Of a stretch of DNA of 64,000 nt, positions 10,565 to 22,450 are shown piece by piece. The notes beneath the pieces were generated by a model. The model was not told the DNA's origin. It worked only from the letters and a program-made list of their open reading frames with translations, and ran no database searches. Both the position numbers and the translations under genes were made by a program. Each line of letters starts with the position of its first letter. The first letter of the stretch is position 1. Source of the DNA: Amphiscolops sp. MND2022 (Eukaryota); the NCBI GenBank assembly GCA_964187785.1, contig OZ076410.1, positions 55,304,001 to 55,368,000 on the forward strand, in the 5' to 3' direction.

Positions 10565-13500
10565 GATCTGAAACCTATTGTTTTCGCCAGCCGATTGTTA
10601 AACGACGCGGAAAAATTTATTCAATCAGCGAAGTGGAATTATTGGCCGTAGTTTGGGGCCTTGAACGTTTTAGATTCGACCTATACTGAAAACAAGCCGA
10701 GCAATTCTCCAATCACCAAGCCTGGAACCACTACTGAAAAAAAAACAAAACAAACAAACAAATTAGTACCCGTTCAACACAATGGCTAGACCGACTAAAT
10801 CACTTCGATATTACATTAAAATACACCGCAGGTAAAGAAATCAAATTTACCGATTTCATTGGTCGCAATCCGACAGAAAACGCAGAACCGGATGAACATT
10901 ACCAAGAAGAATTTGTCATCAACACCATTGCACAACTGGCGACGGTAAGCTGCTGCAATGAACGGGTATTTGACTAATCAGAAATCGCGAAAGCAAAAGA
11001 AACGGCCGGCATGCTTGATACGCACGCGCAGACTGGTACGCGCAGCCGCAAAATCAAACAAAACCCATTCTTACTCAACTCCGACCGCTAATCAGCTTGC
11101 CCTTAACACGCACAGTAACACTTATCTACAAAGAAACATGGACAGTGACAACAATCACAACCGACAGAATCCGGACAAAATCAGATTCAATCCCAAAAAT
11201 ACACCCGTGAATCCACATTAAGATACAACCGAGGGGCCGACAATGAAATCATGAAGACCATCAAAAGACAAGACAATTCACCGGAAACCAGCGAACTAGT
11301 GGAAAGAAGAAGAATAGAACTTACAAAACGTGGACAAATCTGCTACTCATGGCACAAAAGATTGGAAAGAGAGATCCTACTCACCAGAAGACCGGGCGAC
11401 ACTGACAGAAGAGAAATTAAACGCATCGACAAGCAACTGCAAGGAACAGAAGAGTGTCGCGAAACACACCTCTGTGGTGGTTACTTCAAAGGCTTCGGGA
11501 ACGAAATCCCACCACGAGCAGCTAGCAACACAGAAAGAAATCCGGACTCCATCGCGAAACAATCTGCAGCAGATACCGAATCAACAACCTCATCATCACC
11601 CGAAGAACCGGTAACCACCCAAGAACCGGGAGCCTATCCAGACTCTCCCGTACAGGAATACCGCCACGGGCCAAAAAAAACTGTCGTTCGGATACACGGT
11701 ATCATAGAGAACTAGGCGGTGCGCAACCGACAACAAGAGAAAAACGTACGGTCAGCAGAACTGGATTTCATGCACGATCTCGAGGCACAGATAAATGAAA
11801 CATCAGCGGACCCGGATCTTATAGAAGTGAAATGCTGTCGGGAAGATGACAAACCATTACAGATCCCAGAAGGCTACAAACTAGCATGACGCACAAATGA
11901 GGTTTCACGATGGTCGATGTCAAATCATCAAACCCAAAAAGCCTACGCTACGCGACATTGAAAGCCTTACACTTCTGTCATCCCAGAATAAACAAGATGT
12001 GCAACGAAGCAACGATCTTCTGGTGGCCGAATATGCGAACAGACATCGAGAAGAAGGCGGAAACCTGCTCCTCCTGCTTAAACGCCGGTAAAGAATACAA
12101 ATCACAAAGTCATAACACCAAAAAAAAACAAAAATCGACCCGCCAAAACATTCAGGGTAGGAATTCAATTCGATTTTATTGGAAACATAAATAGCAAACA
12201 TTTAAACTCTTCCCCTTTTAGAGCTAGCAAAAAGGAATCAAAATTCTACCAAAAAGAAACCGTATGGTTGGTACATACAATCTCACAAGACGGCATCAGA
12301 CCAAATAGAGAAAAGATGGAAGCCCTGAATAACTAAAGGAATAACCTAAAGAGAGAACTCACCACACAATCATGCTTATCACACTATAACGGCAACAACG
12401 AAAATATAGTCATCACGGATGCCAGCAAAACTGGCATCGGAAAAGCACTATGGCAAAAACAAGCCAACGGCGATCTGAAACCTATTGTTTTCGCCAGCCG
12501 ATTGTTAAACGACGCGGAAAAAAATATTCAATCAGCGAAGTGGAATTATTGGCCGTAGTTTGGGGCCTTGAACGTTTTAGATTCGACCTATACTGAAAAC
12601 AAGCCGAGCAATTTTCCAATCACCAAGCCTGGAACCACTACTGAAAAAAAATTAAGACAAACAAATAATTTAGTACCCGTTCAACACAATGGCTAGACCG
12701 ACTAAATCACTTCGATATTACATTAAAATACACCGCTGGTAAAGAAATCAAATTTACCGATTTCATTGGTCGCAATCCGACAGAAAACGCAGCACCGGAT
12801 GAACATTACCAAGAAGAATTTGTCATCAACACCATTGCACAACTGGCGACGGTAAGCTGCTGCAATGGACGGGTATTTGACTAATCAGAAATCGCGAAAG
12901 CAAAAGAAACGGCCGACATGCTTGATACGCACGCGCAGACTGGTACGCGCAGCCGCAAAATCAAACAAAACCCATTCTTACTCAACTTCGACCGCTAATC
13001 AGCTTGCCCTTAAGACGCACGGTAACACTTATCTACAAAGAAACATGGACAATGACAACAATAACAACCGACAGAATCCGGACAAAATCAGATGCAATCC
13101 CAAAAATACACCCGTGAATCCACATTAAGATACAACCGAGGGGCCGACAATGAAATCATGAAGACCATCAATAGACAAGACAATTCACCGGAAACCAGCG
13201 AACTAGTGGAAAGAAGAAGAATAGAACTTACAAAACGTGGACAAATCCGCTACTCATGGCACAAAAGATTGGAAAGAGAGATCCTACTCACCAGAAGACC
13301 GGGCGATACTGACAGAAGAGAAATTAAACGCATCGACAAGCAACTGCAAGGAACAGAAGAGTGTCGCGAAACACACCTCTGTGGTGGTTACTTCAGAGAC
13401 TTCGGGAACGAAATCCCACCACGAGCAGCTAGCAACACAGAAAGAAATCCGGACTCCATCGTGAAACAATCTGCAGCAGATACCGAATCAACAACCTCAT

Positions 13501-16500
13501 CATCACCCGAAGAACCGGTAACCACTCAAGAACCGGGAGCCTATCCAGCCTCTCCCGTACAGGAATACCGCCACGGGCCAAAAAAACTGTCGTTCGGATA
13601 CACGGTATCATAGAGAACTAGGCGGTGCGCAACCGACAACAAGAGAAAAACGTACGGTCAGCAGAACTGGATTTCATGCACGATCTCGAGGCACAGATAA
13701 ATGAAACATCAGCGGACCCGTATCTTATAGAAGTGAAATGCTGTCGGGAAGATGACAAACCATTACAGATCCCAGAAGGCTACAAACTAGCATGACGCAC
13801 AAATGAGGTTTCACGATGGTCGATGACAAATCATCAAACCCAAAAAGCCTACGCTACGCGACATTGAAAGCCTTACACTTCGGTCATCCCAGAATAAACA
13901 AGATGTGCAACGAAGCAACGATCTTCTGGTGGCCGAATATGCGAACAGACATCGAGAAGAAGGCGGAAACCTGCTCCTCCTGCTTAAACGCCGGTAAAGA
14001 CTACAAATCACAAAGTCATAACACCAAAAAAAAACAAAAATCGACCCGCCAAAACATTCAGGGTAGGAATTCAATTCGATTTTATTGGAAACCTAAATAG
14101 CAAACATTTAAACTCTTTCCCTTTTAGAGCTAGCAAAAAGGAATCAAAATTCTACCAAAAAGAAACCGTATGGTTGGCACATACATTCTCACAAGACGGC
14201 ATCAGATCAAATAGAGAAAAGATGGAAGCCCTGAATAACTAAAGGAAGAATCTAAAGAGAGAACTCACCACACAATCATGCTTATCACACTATAACGGCA
14301 ACAACGAAAATATAGTCATCACGGATGCCAGCAAAACTGGCATCGGAAAAGCACTATGGCAAAAACAAGCCAACGGCGATCTGAAACCTATTGTTTTCGC
14401 CAGCCGATTGTTAAACGACGCGGAAAAAATTATTCAATCAGCGAAGTGGAATTATTGGCCGTAGTTTGGGGCCTTGAACGTTTTAGATTCGACCTATACT
14501 GAAAACAAGCCGAGCAATTTTCCAATCACCAAGCCTGGAACCACTACTGAAAAAAAAATAAAACAAACAAATAATTTAGTACCCGTTCAACACAATGGCT
14601 AGACCGACTAAATCACTTCGATATTACATTAAAATACACCGCTGGTAAAGAAATCAAATTTACCGATTTCATTGGTCGCAATCCGACAGAAAACGCAGCA
14701 CCGGATGAACATTACCAGGAAGAATTTGTCATCAACACCATTGCACAACTGGCGACGGTAAGCTGCTGCAATCGACGGGTATTTGACTAATCAGAAATCG
14801 CGAAAGCAAAAGAAACGGCCGACATGCTTGATACGCACGCGCAGACTGGTACGCGCAGCCGCAAAATCAAACAAAACCCATTCTTACTCAACTTCGACCG
14901 CTAATCAGCTTGCCCTTAAGACGCACGGTAACACTTATCTACAAAGAAACATGGACAGTGACAACAATAACAACCGACAGAATCCGGACAAAATCAGATG
15001 CAATCCCAAAAATACACCCGTGAATCCACATTAAGATACAACCGAGGGGCCGACAATGAAATCATGAAGACCATCAATAGACAAGACAATTCACCGGAAA
15101 CCAGCGAACTAGTGGAAAGAAGAAGAATAGAACTTACAAAACGTGGACAAATCCGCTACTCATGGCACTAAAGATTGGAAAGAGAGATCCTACTCACCAG
15201 AAGACCGGGCGATACTGACAGAAGAGAAATTAAACGCATCGACAAGCAACTGCATGGAACAGAAGAGTGTCGCGAAACACACCTCTGTGGTGGTTACTTC
15301 AGAGACTTCGGGAACGAAATCCCACCACGAGCAGCTAGCAACACAGAAAGAAATCCGGACTCCATCGTGAAACAATCTGCAGCAGATACCGAATCAACAA
15401 CCTCATCATCACCCGAAGAACCGGTAACCACTCAAGAACCGGGAGCCTATCCAGCCTCTCCCGTACAGGAATACCGCCACGGGCCAAAAAAACTGTCGTT
15501 CGGATACACGGTATCATAGAGAACTAGGCGGTGCGCAACCGACAACAAGAGAAAAACGTACGGTCAGCAGAACTGGATTTCATGCACGATCTCGAGGCAC
15601 AGATAAATGAAACATCAGCGGACCCGTATCTTATAGAAGTGAAATGCTGTCGGGAAGATGACAAACCATTACAGATCCCAGAAGGCTACAAACTAGCATG
15701 ACGCACAAATGAGGTTTCACGATGGTCGATGACAAATCATCAAACCCAAAAAGCCTACGCTACGCGACATTGAAAGCCTTACACTTCGGTCATCCCAGAA
15801 TAAACAAGATGTGCAACGAAGCAACGATCTTCTGGTGGCCGAATATGCGAACAGACATCGAGAAGAAGGCGGAAACCTGCTCCTCCTGCTTAAACGCCGG
15901 TAAAGACTACAAATCACAAAGTCATAACACCAAAAAAAAACAAAAATCGACCCGCCAAAACATTCAGGGTAGGAATTCAATTCGATTTTATTGGAAACCT
16001 AAATAGCAAACATTTAAACTCTTTCCCTTTTAGAGCTAGCAAAAAGGAATCAAAATTCTACCAAAAAGAAACCGTATGGTTGGCACATACATTCTCACAA
16101 GACGGCATCAGATCAAATAGAGAAAAGATGGAAGCCCTGAATAACTAAAGGAAGAATCTAAAGAGAGAACTCACCACACAATCATGCTTATCACACTATA
16201 ACGGCAACAACGAAAATATAGTCATCACGGATGCCAGCAAAACTGGCATCGGAAAAGCACTATGGCAAAAACAAGCCAACGGCGATCTGAAACCTATTGT
16301 TTTCGCCAGCCGATTGTTAAACGACGCGGAAAAAATTATTCAATCAGCGAAGTGGAATTATTGGCCGTAGTTTGGGGCCTTGAACGTTTTAGATTCGACC
16401 TATACTGAAAACAAGCCGAGCAATTTTCCAATCACCAAGCCTGGAACCACTACTGAAAAAAAATAAAACAAACAAATAATTTAGTACCCGTTCAACACAA

Positions 16501-19500
16501 TGGCTAGACCGACTAAATCACTTCGATATTACATTAAAATACACCGCTGGTAAAGAAATCAAATTTACCGATTTCATTGGTCGCAATCCGACAGAAAACG
16601 CAGCACCGGATGAACATTACCAGGAAGAATTTGTCATCAACACCATTGCACAACTGGCGACGGTAAGCTGCTGCAATCGACGGGTATTTGACTAATCAGA
16701 AATCGCGAAAGCAAAAGAAACGGCCGACATGCTTGATACGCACGCGCAGACTGGTACGCGCAGCCGCAAAATCAAACAAAACCCATTCTTACTCAACTTC
16801 GACCGCTAATCAGCTTGCCCTTAAGACGCACGGTAACACTTATCTACAAAGAAACATGGACAGTGACAACAATAACAACCGACAGAATCCGGACAAAATC
16901 AGATGCAATCCCAAAAATACACCCGTGAATCCACATTAAGATACAACCGAGGGGCCGACAATGAAATCATGAAGACCATCAATAGACAAGACAATTCACC
17001 GGAAACCAGCGAACTAGTGGAAAGAAGAAGAATAGAACTTACAAAACGTGGACAAATCCGCTACTCATGGCACAAAAGATTGGAAAGAGAGATCCTACTC
17101 ACCAGAAGACCGGGCGATACTGACAGAAGAGAAATTAAACGCATCGACAAGCAACTGCATGGAACAGAAGAGTGTCGCGAAACACACCTCTGTGGTGGTT
17201 ACTTCAGAGACTTCGGGAACGAAATCCCACCACGAGCAGCTAGCAACACAGAAAGAAATCCGGACTCCATCGTGAAACAATCTGCAGCAGATACCGAATC
17301 AACAACCTCATCATCACCCGAAGAACCGGTAACCACTCAAGAACCGGGAGCCTATCCAGCCTCTCCCGTACAGGAATACCGCCACGGGCCAAAAAAACTG
17401 TCGTTCGGATACACGGTATCATAGAGAACTAGGCGGTGCGCAACCGACAACAAGAGAAAAACGTACGGTCAGCAGAACTGGATTTCATGCACGATCTCGA
17501 GGCACAGATAAATGAAACATCAGCGGACCCGTATCTTATAGAAGTGAAATGCTGTCGGGAAGATGACAAACCATTACAGATCCCAGAAGGCTACAAACTA
17601 GCATGACGCACAAATGAGGTTTCACGATGGTCGATGACAAATCATCAAACCCAAAAAGCCTACGCTACGCGACATTGAAAGCCTTACACTTCGGTCATCC
17701 CAGAATAAACAAGATGTGCAACGAAGCAACGATCTTCTGGTGGCCGAATATGCGAACAGACATCGAGAAGAAGGCGGAAACCTGCTCCACCTGCTTAAAC
17801 GCCGGTAAAAACTACAAATCACAAAGTCATAACACCAAAAAAAATTCGACCCGCCAAAACATTCGGGGTAAGAATTCAATTCGATTTTATTGGAAACCTA
17901 AATAGCAAACATTTAAACTCTTCCCCTTTTAGAGCTAGCCAAAAGGAATCAAAATTCTACCAAAAAGAAACCGTATGGTTGGCACATACAATCTCACAAG
18001 ACGGCATCAGACCAAATAGAGAAAAGATGGAAGCCCTGAATAACTTAAGGAACAACCTAAAGAGAGAACTCACCACACAATCATGCTTATCACACTATAA
18101 CGGCAACAACGAAAATATAGTCACCACGGATGCCAGCAAAACTGGCATCGGAATAGCATTATGGCAAAAACAAGCCAACGGCGATCTGAAACCTATTGTT
18201 TTCGCCAGCCGATTGTTAAACGACGCGGAAAAAATTATTCAATCAGCAAAGTGGAATTATTGGCCGTAGTTTGGGGCCTTGAACGTTTTAGATTCGACCT
18301 ATACTGAAAACAAGCCGAGCAATTCTCCAATCACCAAGCCTGGAACCACTACTGAAAAAAAAATAAAACAAACAAACAATTTAGTACCCGTTCAACACAA
18401 TGGCTAGACCGACTAAATCACTTCGATATTACATTAAAATACACCGCTGGTAAAGAAATCAAATTTACCGATTTCATTGGTCGCAATCCGACAGAAAACG
18501 CAGCACCGGATGAACATTACCAAGAAGAATTTGTCATCAACACCATTGCACAACTGGCGACGGTAAGCTGCTGCAATGGACGGGTATTTGACTAATCAGA
18601 AATCGCGAAAGCAAAAGAAACGGCCGGCATGCTTGATACGCACGCGCAGACTGGTACGCGCAGTCGCAAAATCAAACAAAACCCATTCTTACTCAACTTC
18701 GACCGCTAATCAGCTTGCCCTTAACACGCACGGTAACACTTATCTACAAAGAAACATGGACAGTGACAACAATAACAACCGACAGAATCCGGACAAAATC
18801 AGATGCAATCCCAAAAATACACCCGTGAATCCACATTAAGATACAACCGAGGGGCCGACAATGAAATCATGAAGACCATCAATAGACAAGACAATTCACC
18901 GGAAACCAGCGAACTAGTGAAAAGAAGAAGAATATAACTTACAAAACGTGGACAAATCCGCTACTCATGGCACAAAAGATTGGAAAGAGAGATCCTACTC
19001 ACCAGAAGACCGGGCGATACTGACAGAAGAGAAATTAAACGCATCGACAAGCAACTGCAAGGAACAGAAGAGTGTCGCGAAACACACCTCTGTGGTGGTT
19101 ACTTCAAAGTCTTCGGGAACGAAATCCCACCACGAGCAGCTAGCAACACAGAAAGAAATCAGGACTCCATCGTGAAACAATCTGCAGCAGATACCGAATC
19201 AACAACTTCATCATCACCCGAAGAACCGGTAACCACTCAAGAACCGGGAGCCTATCCAGCCTCTCCCGTACAGGAATACCGCCACGGGCCAAAAAAACTG
19301 TCGTTCGGATACACGGTATCATAGAGAACTAGGCGGTGCGCAACCGACAACAAGAGAAAAACGTACGGTCAGCAGAACTGGATTTCATGCACGATCTCGA
19401 GGCACAGATAAATGAAACATCAGCGGACCCGGATCTTATAGAAGTGAAATGCTGTCGGGAAGATGACAAACCATTACAGATCCCAGAAGGCTACAAACTA

Positions 19501-19849
19501 GTAGTCAATCGCATGACGCACAAATGAGGTTTCACGATGGTTGATGACAAATCATCAAACCCAAAAGGCCTACGCTACGCGACATTGAAAGCCTTACACT
19601 TCGGTCATCCCAGAGTAAACAAGATGTGCAACGAAGCAACGATCTTCTGGTGGCCGAATATGCAAACAGACATCGAGAAGAAGGCGGAAACCTGCTCCTC
19701 CTGCTTAAACGCCGGTAAAAACTACAAATCACAAAGTCATAACACCAAAAAAAAAACAAAAATCGACCCGCCAAAACATTCAGGGTAGGAATTCAAATCG
19801 ATTTTATTGGAAACCTAAATAGCAAACATTTAAACTCTTCCCCTTTTAG
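10562..19849 (+). repeat. Tandem array of ~4.9 units (~1.9 kb) derived from Gypsy family-B pol (RT end-RNase H-linker-integrase Zn finger)
   Basis: The marker GATCTGAAACCTATT recurs at 10565, 12472, 14378, 16284 and 18183 (spacings 1907/1906/1906/1899). IN-to-RT junctions lie near 12220, 14126, 16032 and 17931. Motifs TTDASKTG, ALHFGHP and CSSC occur in the units. Confidence 0.97.
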
Positions 19850-21228
19850 CGTAATCACCGTAGACAAAAACAGCTGCTGGCCGGCAGCGAAAATCTGTAA
19901 AAAAAAATACGGACCACAACGCGGTCATACCATTCCTACGAGAATATGTAAATATCTAAGGAGTACGGAGAACGATCAAATCCGATAAAGGCAGTGATTT
20001 TATCCCAAAAAAAAACAAAAAATTGTGTAACGAGTATAATATAATCCGCAAATACGGAACACCTGATAAAAGCAAATATAGAAGAAAAACAGAACCAACA
20101 CGAAAGCTCAAATAAAGCGCTATATGACTTCCGCTTCACCATTCAATCGGAATTAAAGAAAACCCCATTTGAACTACAATTCAGTCGAAAGCCCGGAACT
20201 AAGCTATCTAACCGGAAGAAAACTGTTTCAGTCGAATCCAAAAAATTGTCGGTGTACATTACTCACAATTCGGCGTGGAAATAACTGACCGTCTAGTAAT
20301 GTCAAAGAAGAAGACGGAAAACCCCAAATACCAGATAGGAAGGAATTTCACCCAAAAACAAAAAACCAACAAACACGATGAGTATGGAAAAGAACACATC
20401 TATTTGGAAAAGAACTATCTATTTACTTTCTTAAAAAACACAAAAGAAACGCTCGCTTGGCAGCAAATTCAAAAATAAACCACAATAAATCTCTGGCACC
20501 AAACACACAGTATCCACCGATAAAGGAAAAATTATACATAGAAATTTACCTTCTAACTCGTTGCCCTTTCAGAGTGCAGTCACCCCCACAAAACGCCTCA
20601 ACATCAGGATGACGACAGCTATAGAAAAACCATCCTGCTCAAAGACCGGAGAACAAGCCACATGCAGCTACCGTAGAAAAGAACCCGCAACAAAACACGG
20701 AGAGCAGCGCAGACTGGCTGAAACGCAAAGAACAGCCGCAAAACGAGAGAGGGCAGTTCACCAGTCCCCACATTCGGTAGGAAAATCCATGGACTTAGAT
20801 TTAACCATCGCCTCGGACGACGACTTCTAATGTTACAATACCGCTGAACAGAAACCCGTCCATACCAACGTAGACGTTGAGCTACAACTCCGGCCCGATG
20901 AAACGACCTTGACCCTGGATACAGGTATAAAAATAGAAAAAAATCAATCAGCGGAACCACAACAAAGATTGAGAAGCTCACAAAGAGTACCTTTTGCAGA
21001 ACAAACACAAAAACTGGGCGGTGTACCATACTAAACCAAAAATAACAAAAAGAAAATAAACAACTTTTGCGTTTTACAGGAAAGCCAGAGCAACCAACCG
21101 GAAGCAATCATTGGTGAACAATCAATCAACCGGAACATACGAACACAGCTAGAGAAATAATGTGACATTCATAAAAAACGGAACTACAACCAGAAGCCAC
21201 CACAGAAAACCGATTTAATCCGGGGGAA
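19850..21228 (+). pseudogene. pol: Remainder of family-B integrase and 3' region, ending in PPT GGGGGAA (21222-21228)
   Basis: Continues the IN core after SSPF (VDKNS.WPAAKIC, RTIKSDKGSDF) with frameshifts. The purine tract abuts the LTR TG. Confidence 0.8.
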
Positions 21229-21430
21229 TGTGATGTGCACAGGTCAAGCCGTCAATCATAGACATAATCTATGAGTTATCTAGTACATAGTCGCAAACAA
21301 ACTCCAATTAAATGCTGACCTATTTGTGTTCATACATATAGAATCATTGTTGTTGTGAAAACTACGATTAAAGTTGAATAAAAGATACTTCGCTACAACC
21401 ATTGTAACCTTAGCTTTAGCGTTATTAACA
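21229..21430 (+). mobile_element. 3' LTR of family-B Gypsy (202 bp)
   Basis: TGT...ACA termini, PPT immediately upstream, internal AATAAA. No 5' partner in the window. Confidence 0.8.
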
Positions 21431-21913
21431 GTGATACAATTCAATTTCATCATAGCTCACGTGTCCAGAGAGGCCTCCGTTGTACATATAGACACGGCGT
21501 TAAGGACTTGAACAAATTAAGTCTGGGCGGGCATGATAACGTGGAAAAGGCGGCCATTAGAATCACCACTGTCCATCCTTAGAAACTTGATGGCATTTAC
21601 TCCGGCGTACAGGAGGACACAAAAATCTCAGCCCGAAAATGTGGAGATGTATACGCATCCGCTTCTCAAAAAGCCACGATGTCAAAAAAGAATTGTGGAC
21701 AGTTTGACAACTCAGAATGGGTTCTACGGATATGTTTCAAAAGCTCCAAATAGTTCTCCGGGGCCGCTGTCTCTGACGTTAAGCAACAGCGCTGATCGAA
21801 ATAGTGGTATAGAACAGTGAAACAAAAAGTCGCCTGTTCCAAATGCAGGGTCAATAATACCAGGGGATCGGAACTGTTCATTCCAAAGACTATGTCGGCA
21901 TTGAGACTAAAAT

Positions 21914-22372
21914 TTAACAGGAAGGTCTACAGGAGAAAACTGAAATTTTGCCGGCCTTGATGACAACGGCTTCCGTGACCCCTCCGACTAAAGTCTCCAG
22001 TTTTGTTGTTTGGGAATCTCTCTCATTGTTCTCTTTCTGTACGCGAGTGCGGCAATCACCATCCAGATAAGTTTTTAGCTTTAGACGGAGATGGAAATCA
22101 CAACTGGACAACTGACGAAGTTCCTGGTCTTGGAGGTCATGTAGCGCCTTCCAGTATAGTAGTCCATGGACATGCTTAGGCAATAGAGAACGATGGCACA
22201 GCTTACGGAAGAAATGGTGCAGCTCTCGGAAGGTGAAAAATCCCGAGTCGTGTCGCTGGGCTAGTTTCACTTCGACACTTTTGACTTCTGCAAAACAAAT
22301 AGCAAATAATTTATGACTCTTGTATATGAACCGCGTGGTTGCAAAAGAGTGCACACTACAACAAGTCATCAC
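21914..22372 (-). CDS. Second antisense accessory ORF (152 aa), unknown function
   Basis: Uninterrupted ORF directly downstream of the long antisense gene. Absent from the 46.8-kb element. Confidence 0.45.
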   Translation of the reverse strand: MMTCCSVHSFATTRFIYKSHKLFAICFAEVKSVEVKLAQRHDSGFFTFRELHHFFRKLCHRSLLPKHVHGLLYWKALHDLQDQELRQLSSCDFHLRLKLKTYLDGDCRTRVQKENNERDSQTTKLETLVGGVTEAVVIKAGKISVFSCRPSC

Positions 22373-22450
22373 AGATTCAAAACTCGAAGAAAAATGTAAC
22401 AGTCACAAACAATCCGTCCAAGTAGTTCTAACTCGACAGGAAAGATTTGA

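Noticed and set aside
10958-19324. Recurrent short ORFs in the 1.9-kb array as independent genes
   Set aside because: They are frameshifted pieces of the RNase H-integrase linker, repeated with the unit.
21533-22372. Integrase reading of the minus strand (LLPKH..ALHD..CRT)
   Set aside because: No complete HHCC or DDE motif in a consistent frame. Kept as an unknown ORF.
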